Shown here piece by piece: positions 26,562 through 37,110 of a DNA stretch of 64,000 bases (within the stretch, counting starts at the first letter, position 1; each line of letters begins with the position of its first letter). Source of the DNA: an uncultured Acidimicrobiia bacterium (lineage in GTDB: Bacteria; Actinomycetota; Acidimicrobiia; Acidimicrobiales; SZUA-35); the NCBI GenBank assembly GCA_965530755.1, contig CBESNA010000019.1, positions 2,102 through 66,101 of the forward strand. The letters are read 5' to 3'. The notes below the pieces were generated by a model. The model searched no databases and was not told the DNA's origin. It worked only from the letters and a program-made list of their open reading frames with translations. The position numbers were made by a program, and so were the translations under genes.

Positions 26562-27176
26562 TTGGTGGATCGCAGTGGTTGGGACGAGCTGGTATCGAAG
26601 GATCCGGACCACTCGCAGTGGTATGTCGAACGGTTCCGGTCCATGGCAGCGGCAGGCGATGATCTGGCCGGCGAAGCCCGTTTCGTCGATGCAATGGTGC
26701 CCCGTAGCGCTCGCATATTGGATGCCGGCTGTGGGCCCGGTCGGGTGGGTGCGTTTCTGGCCGACAGCGGGCACACGGTCGTCGGCGTCGACGGTGATCC
26801 GGTTCTCATTGCCGCCGCTGAAGAGGACCACCCGGGTCCGACATGGCTGGTAGGTGATCTCGCCGACCTTGACCTTCCATCAAAGGGAGTCGACGAGGGT
26901 TTCGACGCGATCGTGTGCGCTGGGAACGTCATGACGTTCCTTGCACCAACCACACGTCGAGAGGTGCTCACCCGACTGGGACGCCACCTGCGACCCCACG
27001 GAAGGATCGTTGTCGGGTTCGGTTCGGGACGTGGCTATGAGTTCGAACACTTCCGCGATGACGTGAACGCGGGGGAGTTGATCTCGGAGCTGGAGCTGGG
27101 GTCCTGGGACCTCCGCCCTCTCACCGACGATTCCGATTTCATCGTCGCTGTCCTGGGTCGTCGACCAGGAGCCTGA
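26562..27176 (+). CDS. Class I SAM-dependent methyltransferase
   Basis: Motif I is ILDAGCGPGRVG, followed by VVGVDGD. A TTG/GTG start lies at 26562/26565, after GGGAG. Confidence 0.8.
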   Translation: MVDRSGWDELVSKDPDHSQWYVERFRSMAAAGDDLAGEARFVDAMVPRSARILDAGCGPGRVGAFLADSGHTVVGVDGDPVLIAAAEEDHPGPTWLVGDLADLDLPSKGVDEGFDAIVCAGNVMTFLAPTTRREVLTRLGRHLRPHGRIVVGFGSGRGYEFEHFRDDVNAGELISELELGSWDLRPLTDDSDFIVAVLGRRPGA

Positions 27177-27181
27177 GCCCG

Positions 27182-28417
27182 TCAGGCCCGGGCGATCGCG
27201 CCCCGGGCGAGCAGCATTGCGGTCACGGCTTGTCTGGTCGTTCGTGGCATTGGGCGGTTGTTTGCTGCCTCCAGCTGAATGATCGACCGCCGGGCGGGAT
27301 CGACTTCGACGGCTCCGGCCAGCCGTCCACGAATCTGGATGCCCAGAACGAGTCTTCGTCCGCTGTCGACGAGTGCCGTGTAGGAGCCGAGGCAGTTCCG
27401 CAGTTCGGAGCCCCATAGTTCGAGCTCGGCAGGGCTGTTCGGCAGGACGAGTTCGATGTCACCGACTCTGGCCCCGTCGTACTGGGCCCACGACGCCGGA
27501 TGATCGAACAGGTCCGGCCGTGGGTCGACGACGGTCGCAGGTCTGCGACGGAGAGCAGGGTGCGGCTGCGGCCGGTTCGGCGGTGGTTGGGGGAGGAGTG
27601 CATCTGCGACGACTTCCTCGAGTGCCGAGATCGTCGTGGGGAGTCGCGGAATCACGTGGTCGGCCCGAGACAGACCATCCAATCCGTCCAACAGACGTTG
27701 TGGACTGCCGTCTCGTGCCGCGGACTGCAGCAACTGCACCGCGTGATCGGGCCGAGCGGGTCCGAGGGTGCCGGCGAGGAGCGCGAATTGGGCATCGTCG
27801 CATCGGTATTCGTTGTCGAGCCCGCTGAGGACGTCGCCGACCTGTCCAGTGTCGAGGCGAGGCGTCGCCAGCACCAGTGCGAGGGGCCACCACTCGGGGC
27901 GCCCGGTCAATTTCTGTCCAATGAGTCGTGTGACGCGGCGCGACGTCCGGCCGCCGAGGACACGGGTGGCGGCGTTCCTGACATCGGGACCCTCGCACCA
28001 GCGGGCAGCCCATCGAGGCAACGACGTCGGGTCATCGGGTTCGAATTCACTGCTCCGCAGCAGGGGCCAAGCAGCCGCCAATGCGATGTGTTCGGGCTCT
28101 CCGGTTCGACGTGCGTCCCACCATCCTTGGCCGACGCTGAAGCGATCGAGGCCAGTGGCGGCTGCGGCGGCCCAACGGTCGGGGTGCTCGCCAGCTTGGT
28201 GGGCTGCGGTTCGGAGAGCGGCGAACCAAGCCGCCGGATCGCGCGAAACTTCGACGACCTTGGCCGCCTCGAAGAACGAAAGGCCGAGTCGGCATCGCCG
28301 GCCGGCTTCGTCGACTTGAATTGTCACCGGGCAGTTCCCGTGGGGATTGACCATCGATTGCCATGGGCTGTTGTGGCGTGCAACTGCATCCAGGCCGCCG
28401 CCGAACTCCAACAACAT
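27182..28417 (-). CDS. Hypothetical protein with a PcfJ-like C-terminal domain
   Basis: The C-terminus ELELWGSELRNCLGSYTALVDSGRRLVLGIQIRGRLAGAVEV...IIQLEAANNRP resembles the PcfJ (PF14284) pattern. Confidence 0.45.
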   Translation of the reverse strand: MLLEFGGGLDAVARHNSPWQSMVNPHGNCPVTIQVDEAGRRCRLGLSFFEAAKVVEVSRDPAAWFAALRTAAHQAGEHPDRWAAAAATGLDRFSVGQGWWDARRTGEPEHIALAAAWPLLRSSEFEPDDPTSLPRWAARWCEGPDVRNAATRVLGGRTSRRVTRLIGQKLTGRPEWWPLALVLATPRLDTGQVGDVLSGLDNEYRCDDAQFALLAGTLGPARPDHAVQLLQSAARDGSPQRLLDGLDGLSRADHVIPRLPTTISALEEVVADALLPQPPPNRPQPHPALRRRPATVVDPRPDLFDHPASWAQYDGARVGDIELVLPNSPAELELWGSELRNCLGSYTALVDSGRRLVLGIQIRGRLAGAVEVDPARRSIIQLEAANNRPMPRTTRQAVTAMLLARGAIARA

Positions 28418-28573
28418 CTCTCCAACCTCATCGCTTGTTTGTGGCCTGCCACGCCCGGCACTGAATCGAACACATGTTCGCGCGTGGGTCGTGGCTGCAC
28501 AAGCAGAAATCGACGTCGCCCCCCGCCGCTCGTCATCCTCAGACTGAGAAATGCGGTCCTCGTCGCGTCATTC

Positions 28574-29944
28574 TTACGTCGGGCCCCAACTTGCTCCGAA
28601 ATCTCGGTCTGTGTTGTCGGTCAGCTGCGCAATTCGGGCGCCATCGGCGGACATGACGTAGATCTCGAAGTCGCCGTCACGGTCTGACGTGAACGTCAGG
28701 AAAGACCCATCCGGTGACCAATCGGGGAACACATCAACCGCGCGGTCGAAGGTCAAGCGGGTCAGCGCCGACCCGTCAGCGTTGGCGACGAAGATGTCGG
28801 TATTGCTTTCGCGAGTCGAATGGAAGGCAATCCGAGCGCCGTCCGGCGACCACGTCGGTCCGCCACCGAACACGGGAGAATCCAGCGGTCGGAGGTCCGC
28901 GCCGTTGGCGTCCATGATGAGGACTTCGTCTGCTCCGTTCCGGTCCGTTTGGAAGATGATCCGAGTGCCGTCCGGCGACCAGTCAGGGAACGAGTCGAAG
29001 GCCGGGTCGGATGTGAGCTGCATCAGGTTCGCGCCGTCGGGATCCATGGTGTAGATGTCCGGCCCATCGCCGGCAGTGAAAACGATGCGAGAGCCATCAG
29101 GGGACCATCGAGGGAACCCGGCGTCCTCGGCGAGACTCCGAATGTCGTTGCCGTCGGGATCCATGGAGTAGACGCCCCAGTCTCGGTTTCGGTTCGACTG
29201 GAAGACGATGCGGGTGCCGTCTGGTGACCATTCCGCCGCGTTGTCGTAGGCCGGGTGGTTCGTCACGCGTCGAATCTCGTTGGTCTCGATGTCGAGGGTG
29301 TAGATCTCCGGGTTCCCGTCTCGGTCCGACTCGAACCCGATGACGCCAGTGAGACCGAGGTCGGCCACTGTCGTCGGCGATGCAGCATCGCGATCGCCGT
29401 CGTCGCCGGGGGCGACGGGCCCGATACATGCTTCCATCGCTGCGATGAACACCGCAGATGCCGCCTCGCTCTCGGCATCGACAGTCGCTTTGTCCGTCCC
29501 TGCTTCGAATTCGGCCCGTAGCGCGTCGATGAAGAAGTCATCGCCGAGCTCATTCAGGACGCAGTCCTTCTCCTGTGAGCTCATCTCATCGGGGAGGCTG
29601 TTTCGGGCGGCCTCGGCGAGGTCGGCACAGGTCTCGAGGCTCGCAATGATCGTGTCGACCTCTTCGCCGCTCCAGTCGGTCTGGAATTCGTCCGGAATGT
29701 TGGTGACCGTGAAACCGAGTTCGCCGAGCCGCTGCTCACCGATCGAACTCACGATTTCGACGGCGAAGCAGTCGGCCGATACCCGGCTGAAGAATGGGGC
29801 GTTCGGATCGGCGAGGATGTCCTCAGCGATGGCCTGCACCAGCGGATTGGTGGTCGATTCCTCATCAACGTTCCCACATGAGCCAGCCAGAACGAGACAA
29901 GCGGCCACTACACCGAGGCGTCCGATCCAACGATGACGGAACAT
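28574..29944 (-). CDS. Secreted PD40/TolB-like beta-propeller repeat protein
   Basis: Signal/lipoprotein-like N-terminus (ACLVLAGSCG). At least five WD40-like PD40 repeats are present (SPDGTRIVFQSNRNRDWGVYSMDPDGN...). Confidence 0.8.
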   Translation of the reverse strand: MFRHRWIGRLGVVAACLVLAGSCGNVDEESTTNPLVQAIAEDILADPNAPFFSRVSADCFAVEIVSSIGEQRLGELGFTVTNIPDEFQTDWSGEEVDTIIASLETCADLAEAARNSLPDEMSSQEKDCVLNELGDDFFIDALRAEFEAGTDKATVDAESEAASAVFIAAMEACIGPVAPGDDGDRDAASPTTVADLGLTGVIGFESDRDGNPEIYTLDIETNEIRRVTNHPAYDNAAEWSPDGTRIVFQSNRNRDWGVYSMDPDGNDIRSLAEDAGFPRWSPDGSRIVFTAGDGPDIYTMDPDGANLMQLTSDPAFDSFPDWSPDGTRIIFQTDRNGADEVLIMDANGADLRPLDSPVFGGGPTWSPDGARIAFHSTRESNTDIFVANADGSALTRLTFDRAVDVFPDWSPDGSFLTFTSDRDGDFEIYVMSADGARIAQLTDNTDRDFGASWGPT

Positions 29945-30029
29945 GGTCTGAAGATGACCCGGGCGGTGCCAGCGGAGCAGGGCACAAGGTCATCGGCTTC
30001 TGTGGCGGCTGGGAGGACGCGCCCAGGAC

Positions 30030-30665
30030 TCACTTCTGAACGGTGATCTCGTAGGCGCAGGTGTGGGCGCCATCGGTCTTGAGGGTGACGCGTTCTACTG
30101 TCGCGTCGGGGATGAGGTCGCGGATGAAGTCGAGTTCGGCTGTGCAGGCTTGTTGAAAGCGGTTGGCGACAGCCCAGATGGCGCAGCTGTGGAGGTTGAT
30201 TCGGTAGTGATCGTCGCCGAGCGCGTCGAAGTCGGCGAGGTAGCCCTGAGCGTCGAGCAATTCGGTCAGGACGGCGACCCGTTTGTCGATTGGTTCGCCT
30301 TCCAGCCGGTCGTTCGCTTCTTCGACGAGTCGACGACGTCGTCGTTCGAAGACTCGATTCACGAGTTCTGGGTCTTCCTCTTCGATGTGTTCGAGGAGCT
30401 CGATCGAGAGGTTGGCCGTTGTGCCGAAGAGGGGTTCCGCGAGATCGGTGGCGTGATATTTGTCGGCCGGTCGTCCGGAGTGCCCGCGCTCTTGGCGTGC
30501 AGTGATGAAGCCGGCCGATCTCAGCGCGCTGAGATGTTGTCGAACGGCGCTGGAGGAGATCTCGAGGGTGGATGCGAGTTCGTCGGCGGTCGCTTCGCCA
30601 CGTCGCTTCAAGGCGATCAGTACGCGGCGTTGAGTTGCCGAGGGCGCAACGCTCGCTGTGGCCAT
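30030..30665 (-). CDS. sufR: ArsR-type winged-helix regulator, SufR-like
   Basis: The N-terminal wHTH reads RVLIALKRRGEATADELASTLEISSSAVRQHLSALRSAGFI. Cysteines are present near the C-terminus. It is divergent from the suf operon. Confidence 0.65.
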   Translation of the reverse strand: MATASVAPSATQRRVLIALKRRGEATADELASTLEISSSAVRQHLSALRSAGFITARQERGHSGRPADKYHATDLAEPLFGTTANLSIELLEHIEEEDPELVNRVFERRRRRLVEEANDRLEGEPIDKRVAVLTELLDAQGYLADFDALGDDHYRINLHSCAIWAVANRFQQACTAELDFIRDLIPDATVERVTLKTDGAHTCAYEITVQK

Positions 30666-30808
30666 CCATCGATGGTAGCACTTGTGTCAGACATTCTGTA
30701 GTTTCGCAACATACAACTGCCAAAAGTCAGGCAACCCTGTAGAGTACGGGGCTAAGAACCCATCATCCCGTCTGCCCGGCGGCCGGGAGTCAGCCGAGAA
30801 GGAGCAAG

Positions 30809-31075
30809 ATGAAGGTTTGGATCGACCAGGATCTCTGCACTGGTGACGGGCTCTGTGCCGAGATCGCACCGGATGTGTTCTTCGGGATGGATGACGGGCT
30901 CTATTACGTGAAGGAATCGGCGGACAACTTCGGCAGTGAGAAGCTCTTCGACGGTGTCGCCAACCCGGCCAGCGCTCAAGGCATGGCTCGCATCCCTGAT
31001 GGCGGGTTGGAGCGGGTCATCGAGTCGGCTGAGGAATGCCCTGGGGAGTGCATCTTCATCGATGTAGACGAATAG
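30809..31075 (+). CDS. Small single-cluster ferredoxin
   Basis: 88 aa. The sequence IDQDLCTGDGLCAEIAP...ECPGECIFI is a Cx2x..C...CP cluster-ligand pattern. A GAAGGAG SD is present. Confidence 0.8.
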   Translation: MKVWIDQDLCTGDGLCAEIAPDVFFGMDDGLYYVKESADNFGSEKLFDGVANPASAQGMARIPDGGLERVIESAEECPGECIFIDVDE

Positions 31076-31216
31076 TCGCCGAGCGTCTGTGCTGCGACCT
31101 ACTCCCTAGGCTTCCAGGAACGCAGCCGACCCGCACAGCATCAGGCACGACCCACATCACAAAGCCGGCGTCGACGACCAGTCCAGGGTCGCAGTCGGTA
31201 CAGGAAGGGACACTTT

Positions 31217-32658
<1,442 letters not shown>

Positions 32659-32659
<1 letters not shown>

Positions 32660-33435
32660 TGCTGCACGTGGAAAATCTGACCGTCTCGATCGGGGACACC
32701 CCGATCCTCAAAGGCCTCGACCTCGACGTCGGCGCCGGAGAAGTGCATGCGATCATGGGCCCGAACGGGTCCGGCAAGAGCACGTTCGCACACGCCCTCG
32801 CCGGCCGTGACGGCTACGACATCGGTGGCACCGTCACTCTCGATGGCGCAAATCTGCTCGAGATGGAACCGGAGGACCGCGCTGCTGCCGGTGTCTTCAT
32901 GGGATTCCAGTACCCGGTCGAGATCCCCGGCGTGAACAACATGTATTTCTTGCGCACAGCCTTGAATTCAGTTCGCCGCTCACGCGGCGACGACGAGATC
33001 GGCGCCCGCGACTTCCTCAAAGTGGCCAACGAGGCCATGGAACTGGTCGAGATGAAGCAGGACTTCCTGTATCGATCGGTCAACGCCGGCTTCAGTGGTG
33101 GCGAAAAGAAGCGCAACGAGATCCTGCAGATGGCTGTCATGCAGCCCCGACTGGCCGTGCTCGATGAGACGGACTCTGGTCTCGACATCGATGCACTCCG
33201 TGTCGTCGCTGCCGGCGTGAATGCGCTGCGCGATCCCGAGCGGTCGATGATCGTCATCACCCACTATCAACGCCTGCTCGACTACATCAAGCCGGACTTC
33301 GTGCATGTCATGGTCGACGGCAAGATCGTCAAGTCTGGTGATCACACCCTCGCTCTCCATCTGGAAGACCACGGCTATGCCGGCTTCGTCAATCACGATC
33401 TCGACGATGCCCCGCTCTCCGGAGCGACAGCATGA
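32659..33435 (+). CDS. sufC: Fe-S cluster assembly ATPase SufC
   Basis: Walker A GPNGSGKST, ABC signature FSGGEKKRNE and Walker B LAVLDETDSGLD are all present. Confidence 0.95.
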
Positions 33436-34649
33436 GCCTGGCAATCCTCCCATCGCGCACCGCCGCGCTCGAGCAGGTGGGATCGCTGACGCTGCCGACC
33501 AAACGGGACGAAGCGTGGCGATACGCACCACACAAGACGTTGAGCCAGCTGACCTTCGGTCCGGCCACTGCGCCCGATGTGGTGCCGGCCGACGTCGACG
33601 CTCAGATCGCTCACGTCGACGGTTCACGACTCGTGATCGTCAACGGCGTCGTCGATCGTGAGCGGTCGAGACTCGAAGCGTTGCCTGCTGGAGTCAAGCT
33701 GGTCAGCCTCGCCGATGCGTCCGGCGAGATTGCCGCTGGCGCGCTCGAACGTGAACACGATGCGGCCGAAGACGCGTTCTCGATCATCAACCGGGCGTAC
33801 GGAACTGGCGGCGCATTGCTGCAGATCGACGGCCGGCCCGATGAGACGATCCACATCGTCGACCTCGTGGTTCCCGGTGGTGCACACAACGCCTCGGCCA
33901 CCCGCATCATCATCGAGATGGCGGCCGGTAGTTCGGCCACCGTGGTGGAGACTCGCATCGGGAGCGGGGAAGCGTTCGGCGGTTCCAACGTTCGCACCGA
34001 GATCTCACTCGCCGCAGACGCCAGCCTCGAACACATCATCCTCCAGGACCTCCCCTCCACCCAGATCCACCTGGGTCGGGTCGACGTGATCCAGGAAGCC
34101 GGCACCACGCTTCGTGCCAGACTCTTCAACCTGGGGTCGGACTATGGACGCGTTGCCTACTACGTGCACCTCGCGGGTGAGGGCGCCCACGCCGACCTGT
34201 CCGGTCTCTACTTCGGCTTCGGCCAACAGACCCTGGATCAGCAGATCACCGTCGTCCACAGCGCGAAGGACTGCACGAGTCGACAGTCGTACCGTGGCGT
34301 GCTCGACGACGCCAGCACCGGTATCTGGAACGGTGGGGTCGATGTTCGTCCCGGTGCCGACGGCACGGACTCCGAGCAGTCCAACCACAATTTGTTGTTG
34401 TCCAGACAAGCCGAAGTCAACACGACTCCCAGACTCGAGATTCTCGCCGACGAAGTGTCGTGCCAGCACGGCGCCACCGTTGGCCAGCTCGACGAGGAGG
34501 CGCTGTATTACATGCGTTCCAGGGGTATCCGCAAAGACGAAGCCAGCCGGTTGTTGATCAAAGGTTTCGCCGACCAGGTGATGGACGATCTGCAGAGCGA
34601 GGCCGTTCGAACCTGGATCACCGACCGACTCGAGCGCGACGATGCGTGA
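33432..34649 (+). CDS. sufD: Fe-S cluster assembly protein SufD
   Basis: 405 aa. The C-terminal beta-helix region is homologous to SufB (HSAKDCTSRQSYRGVL...LLLSRQAEVNTTPRLEI). Confidence 0.9.
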   Translation: MSLAILPSRTAALEQVGSLTLPTKRDEAWRYAPHKTLSQLTFGPATAPDVVPADVDAQIAHVDGSRLVIVNGVVDRERSRLEALPAGVKLVSLADASGEIAAGALEREHDAAEDAFSIINRAYGTGGALLQIDGRPDETIHIVDLVVPGGAHNASATRIIIEMAAGSSATVVETRIGSGEAFGGSNVRTEISLAADASLEHIILQDLPSTQIHLGRVDVIQEAGTTLRARLFNLGSDYGRVAYYVHLAGEGAHADLSGLYFGFGQQTLDQQITVVHSAKDCTSRQSYRGVLDDASTGIWNGGVDVRPGADGTDSEQSNHNLLLSRQAEVNTTPRLEILADEVSCQHGATVGQLDEEALYYMRSRGIRKDEASRLLIKGFADQVMDDLQSEAVRTWITDRLERDDA

Positions 34650-35217
34650 GTCGAAGGTCAAGATCGGCGGATCTCAGGCATTCACGCTCCCGCGTGACGT
34701 GAGGGTGACAATCGTCCCGGCCGGCCACATCGCCGTGTTGCCCGCAGGCGAACGGGTCACCGTCATGCAAGCGCTCGGGGGATCGGCGACTGTCACCACC
34801 CGCGAAGGAGAGATGGCGCGGTTGACACCAGAGGATTCGGTCGACTTCGGCTTCGTTCGCCCCTCGCAGACAGGTGACACCGGTGCCGACGCAGCGATCG
34901 GCGAGTTCAGCCTCGAGGCAGTCTGGGAAGCAGCGGCGACGGTATATGACCCGGAAATCCCGGTCGACATCGTCGAACTCGGTCTCGTCTACCGGATCGA
35001 GCCATCCGATCTGCCGAGCGGTAACAAGCGGGTCGACATCGACATGTCCGTCACCGCACCTTTCTGCGGCATGGGCGACATCATGCGCCAAGACCTGCAC
35101 GACGCCGTCGCTGCACTGCCGGGCGTCGAAACGGTCGAAGTCGTCCTCGTGTTCGACCCACCATGGGATGCCTCGCGCATGTCCGATGTCGCTCGACTCG
35201 AACTGGGAATGATGTGA
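34642..35217 (+). CDS. DUF59 / SufT-like metal-sulfur cluster assembly factor with an N-terminal extension
   Basis: The C-terminal half (VWEAAATVYDPEIPVDIVELGLVY...TAPFCGMGD) is the DUF59/MIP18 pattern. It overlaps the sufD stop. Confidence 0.75.
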   Translation: MRESKVKIGGSQAFTLPRDVRVTIVPAGHIAVLPAGERVTVMQALGGSATVTTREGEMARLTPEDSVDFGFVRPSQTGDTGADAAIGEFSLEAVWEAAATVYDPEIPVDIVELGLVYRIEPSDLPSGNKRVDIDMSVTAPFCGMGDIMRQDLHDAVAALPGVETVEVVLVFDPPWDASRMSDVARLELGMM

Positions 35218-35233
35218 CCGGCCCAGCAACTCC

Positions 35234-36262
35234 CTAGGCAGAGGTCTTGCGAACCTCGACCCATTCGTCTATCTGTTCCCAGACGTGGAAGAGCATCTGG
35301 GATCGTTCCTCGTCGGTCGGTGGGACTCGGGTCGCTGGGAGGACTTGCCAACCGAGTTGGACGATCTTGTGGTCCGGTATGGCTGTCCAGAGGTCGGCGA
35401 TCGTGGCGATCTGATCGAGGCCCGTGTGTGCGACGAAGACAAGGTCCGCAGTAGGGCAAGATGACATCGCTGCGAGCGACCCTGCGGGTCTCGGCGGGAG
35501 CACGTTCCGCAGCGCTGCCGCTCGCTCGGCAGCGGCATGGTGTCCACCGGCTCGAAGCCGATCGATTGCCCGCAGGCGCCGTTTCTCGGTGAAGTTTCCT
35601 CCTTCAGGGAAGATCACGAACGCATCGGCATTGGTCATATAGCGAGTCAGGTCGGCGATCGACTCGATGCTTCGACTCCCGCCGCCCGGCTCGGATGAGA
35701 TGAATCGGTTGGGCAGACGGTTCAACAAGATGTCGAGCGCAGGATCGAACTGGAGAGCCTCCTTGGCCACGATGCGTGGCCGGCGCCCTTTCCAGGACAT
35801 CACCTGGTGCAGAAGAAGAAGCGAATCGGCGGGGCCGGCGTGCCGGCTCATGACGATCAGCGGATTCTCGGTGGTGGTGTCGTCGCCGTCGTCAGACGGC
35901 AGCTGGGGACCGGCGCTGACGATCTCGAGTGAGAAGAGTCGCTCTGCTGCCATCACCAAAAAGCGAATGGCCCAGCGAAAGAGGCGGTAGTGATAGTCGA
36001 TGAATCTCGCTGAGGATTGCTTCCATCCCAATCCGGAAGCGATCCAGAGAGCGAACGCGATGACGGTCACTGTCGCCTCGACGGCCAGGTAACACGTCGC
36101 CAGACCGAGGCTCCGAACCGCTCGCAGCTTGCCCGGCAGCCGATACGAGATCAGGAACGCTGCGATGAGCAGCAACGGGACAGTCGTCACGTACACGAAG
36201 ACAGCGAGCACCGGCAGCGGCCACAGAACGATGCGCCTCACCCAACGCGGGGGAAGCCTCAT
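35234..36262 (-). CDS. Membrane-bound lysophospholipid acyltransferase (PlsC family)
   Basis: N-terminal TM helices are present, together with an HX4D block (SRHAGPAD) and FPEGGN. The start overlaps the patatin stop (ATGA). Confidence 0.75.
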   Translation of the reverse strand: MRLPPRWVRRIVLWPLPVLAVFVYVTTVPLLLIAAFLISYRLPGKLRAVRSLGLATCYLAVEATVTVIAFALWIASGLGWKQSSARFIDYHYRLFRWAIRFLVMAAERLFSLEIVSAGPQLPSDDGDDTTTENPLIVMSRHAGPADSLLLLHQVMSWKGRRPRIVAKEALQFDPALDILLNRLPNRFISSEPGGGSRSIESIADLTRYMTNADAFVIFPEGGNFTEKRRLRAIDRLRAGGHHAAAERAAALRNVLPPRPAGSLAAMSSCPTADLVFVAHTGLDQIATIADLWTAIPDHKIVQLGWQVLPATRVPPTDEERSQMLFHVWEQIDEWVEVRKTSA

Positions 36263-37110
36263 GCCATCTTTTCGAGATAGTCGTGGGTTGCTTGCCGGGA
36301 GAGTGCGATGCGTCGCTCGACGTCGTCGGCGCCTCCCTGACGGTATTGGCGGAGGTCCTTGAATGACTTCGGGTCGCCGGTCGGAAGCACGTGTACGTCA
36401 AGCCCGGCAGGGAGCGACTTCAGCGATTCGGCGAATCGGTGGCGACGCGCGATCTCGAACGCCACCATCGCGACTTCCCAGGGTTTGGTTGGTGCGACCA
36501 GCGGTTCTTCGATGCGACCGACCTGCAGTACGTAGATCGTGGTTGCGCCGAGGTTGATGGCCCGATCGAGGGGGATCGAAGCCACCAGGCCGCCGTCGAG
36601 AAAGTGTTCACCGTCGATCTCGACCGGCGGCAACAGGCCCGGGACAGCGGCTGAGGCCATGATCGCCTCGGCCAGCGGACCCTCAGCGAAGTAGTGGACA
36701 GTGGCTTGCTCGATGCTGGCAGCGACACACTCGAACGGAACGGCCAATTCCTCGATGCGTTCGACCGGCAGGACCTCGATCAGCAGTTGGCGGAGGAGCG
36801 CGTTGTCGTGGAGGTGTGTACCGGTTCGAGCGAGAGTCTTGACCTGGTCGAGAAGTGAGCCGCCGAATACCCCGGAGCGGTCGAGGCTGATCCAGAGTTC
36901 GCGCAGCCGATCAACTGCCGTTGGGGTCGGGTCAGCGGCGATCATTGCTCCGTTGATGGCTCCGATAGAGGTGCCGATCACGAGGTCCGGGCGGATCTCT
37001 TGTTCGAGCAGGGCGCTCAGCATGCCGACTTCGTGTGCGCCGAGGTGCCCGCCGCCGCCGAGAACGAACGCTGTGGACTTGCCCATCTGGTCTTCATGCT
37101 CTCGGGTCAT
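36259..37110 (-). CDS. Patatin-like phospholipase
   Basis: Oxyanion motif VLGGGGHLGA, nucleophile GTSIGA, and a later DGG are present. The ATG at 37110 overlaps the hutH stop (ATGA). The track ORF upstream of this is rejected. Confidence 0.85.
   Translation of the reverse strand: MTREHEDQMGKSTAFVLGGGGHLGAHEVGMLSALLEQEIRPDLVIGTSIGAINGAMIAADPTPTAVDRLRELWISLDRSGVFGGSLLDQVKTLARTGTHLHDNALLRQLLIEVLPVERIEELAVPFECVAASIEQATVHYFAEGPLAEAIMASAAVPGLLPPVEIDGEHFLDGGLVASIPLDRAINLGATTIYVLQVGRIEEPLVAPTKPWEVAMVAFEIARRHRFAESLKSLPAGLDVHVLPTGDPKSFKDLRQYRQGGADDVERRIALSRQATHDYLEKMA

Noticed and set aside
26405-26971. Upstream extension of the substrate-binding-protein ORF (650-aa track ORF)
   Set aside because: The extension is Ser/Arg/Pro-rich, and it overlaps the divergently oriented methyltransferase gene. 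A lipoprotein signal peptide begins at the internal ATG at 26404.
28030-28060. A GGGTTCGAATTC string resembling a tRNA T-loop
   Set aside because: The flanking bases cannot form a T-stem or an acceptor stem. It also lies inside a protein-coding ORF.
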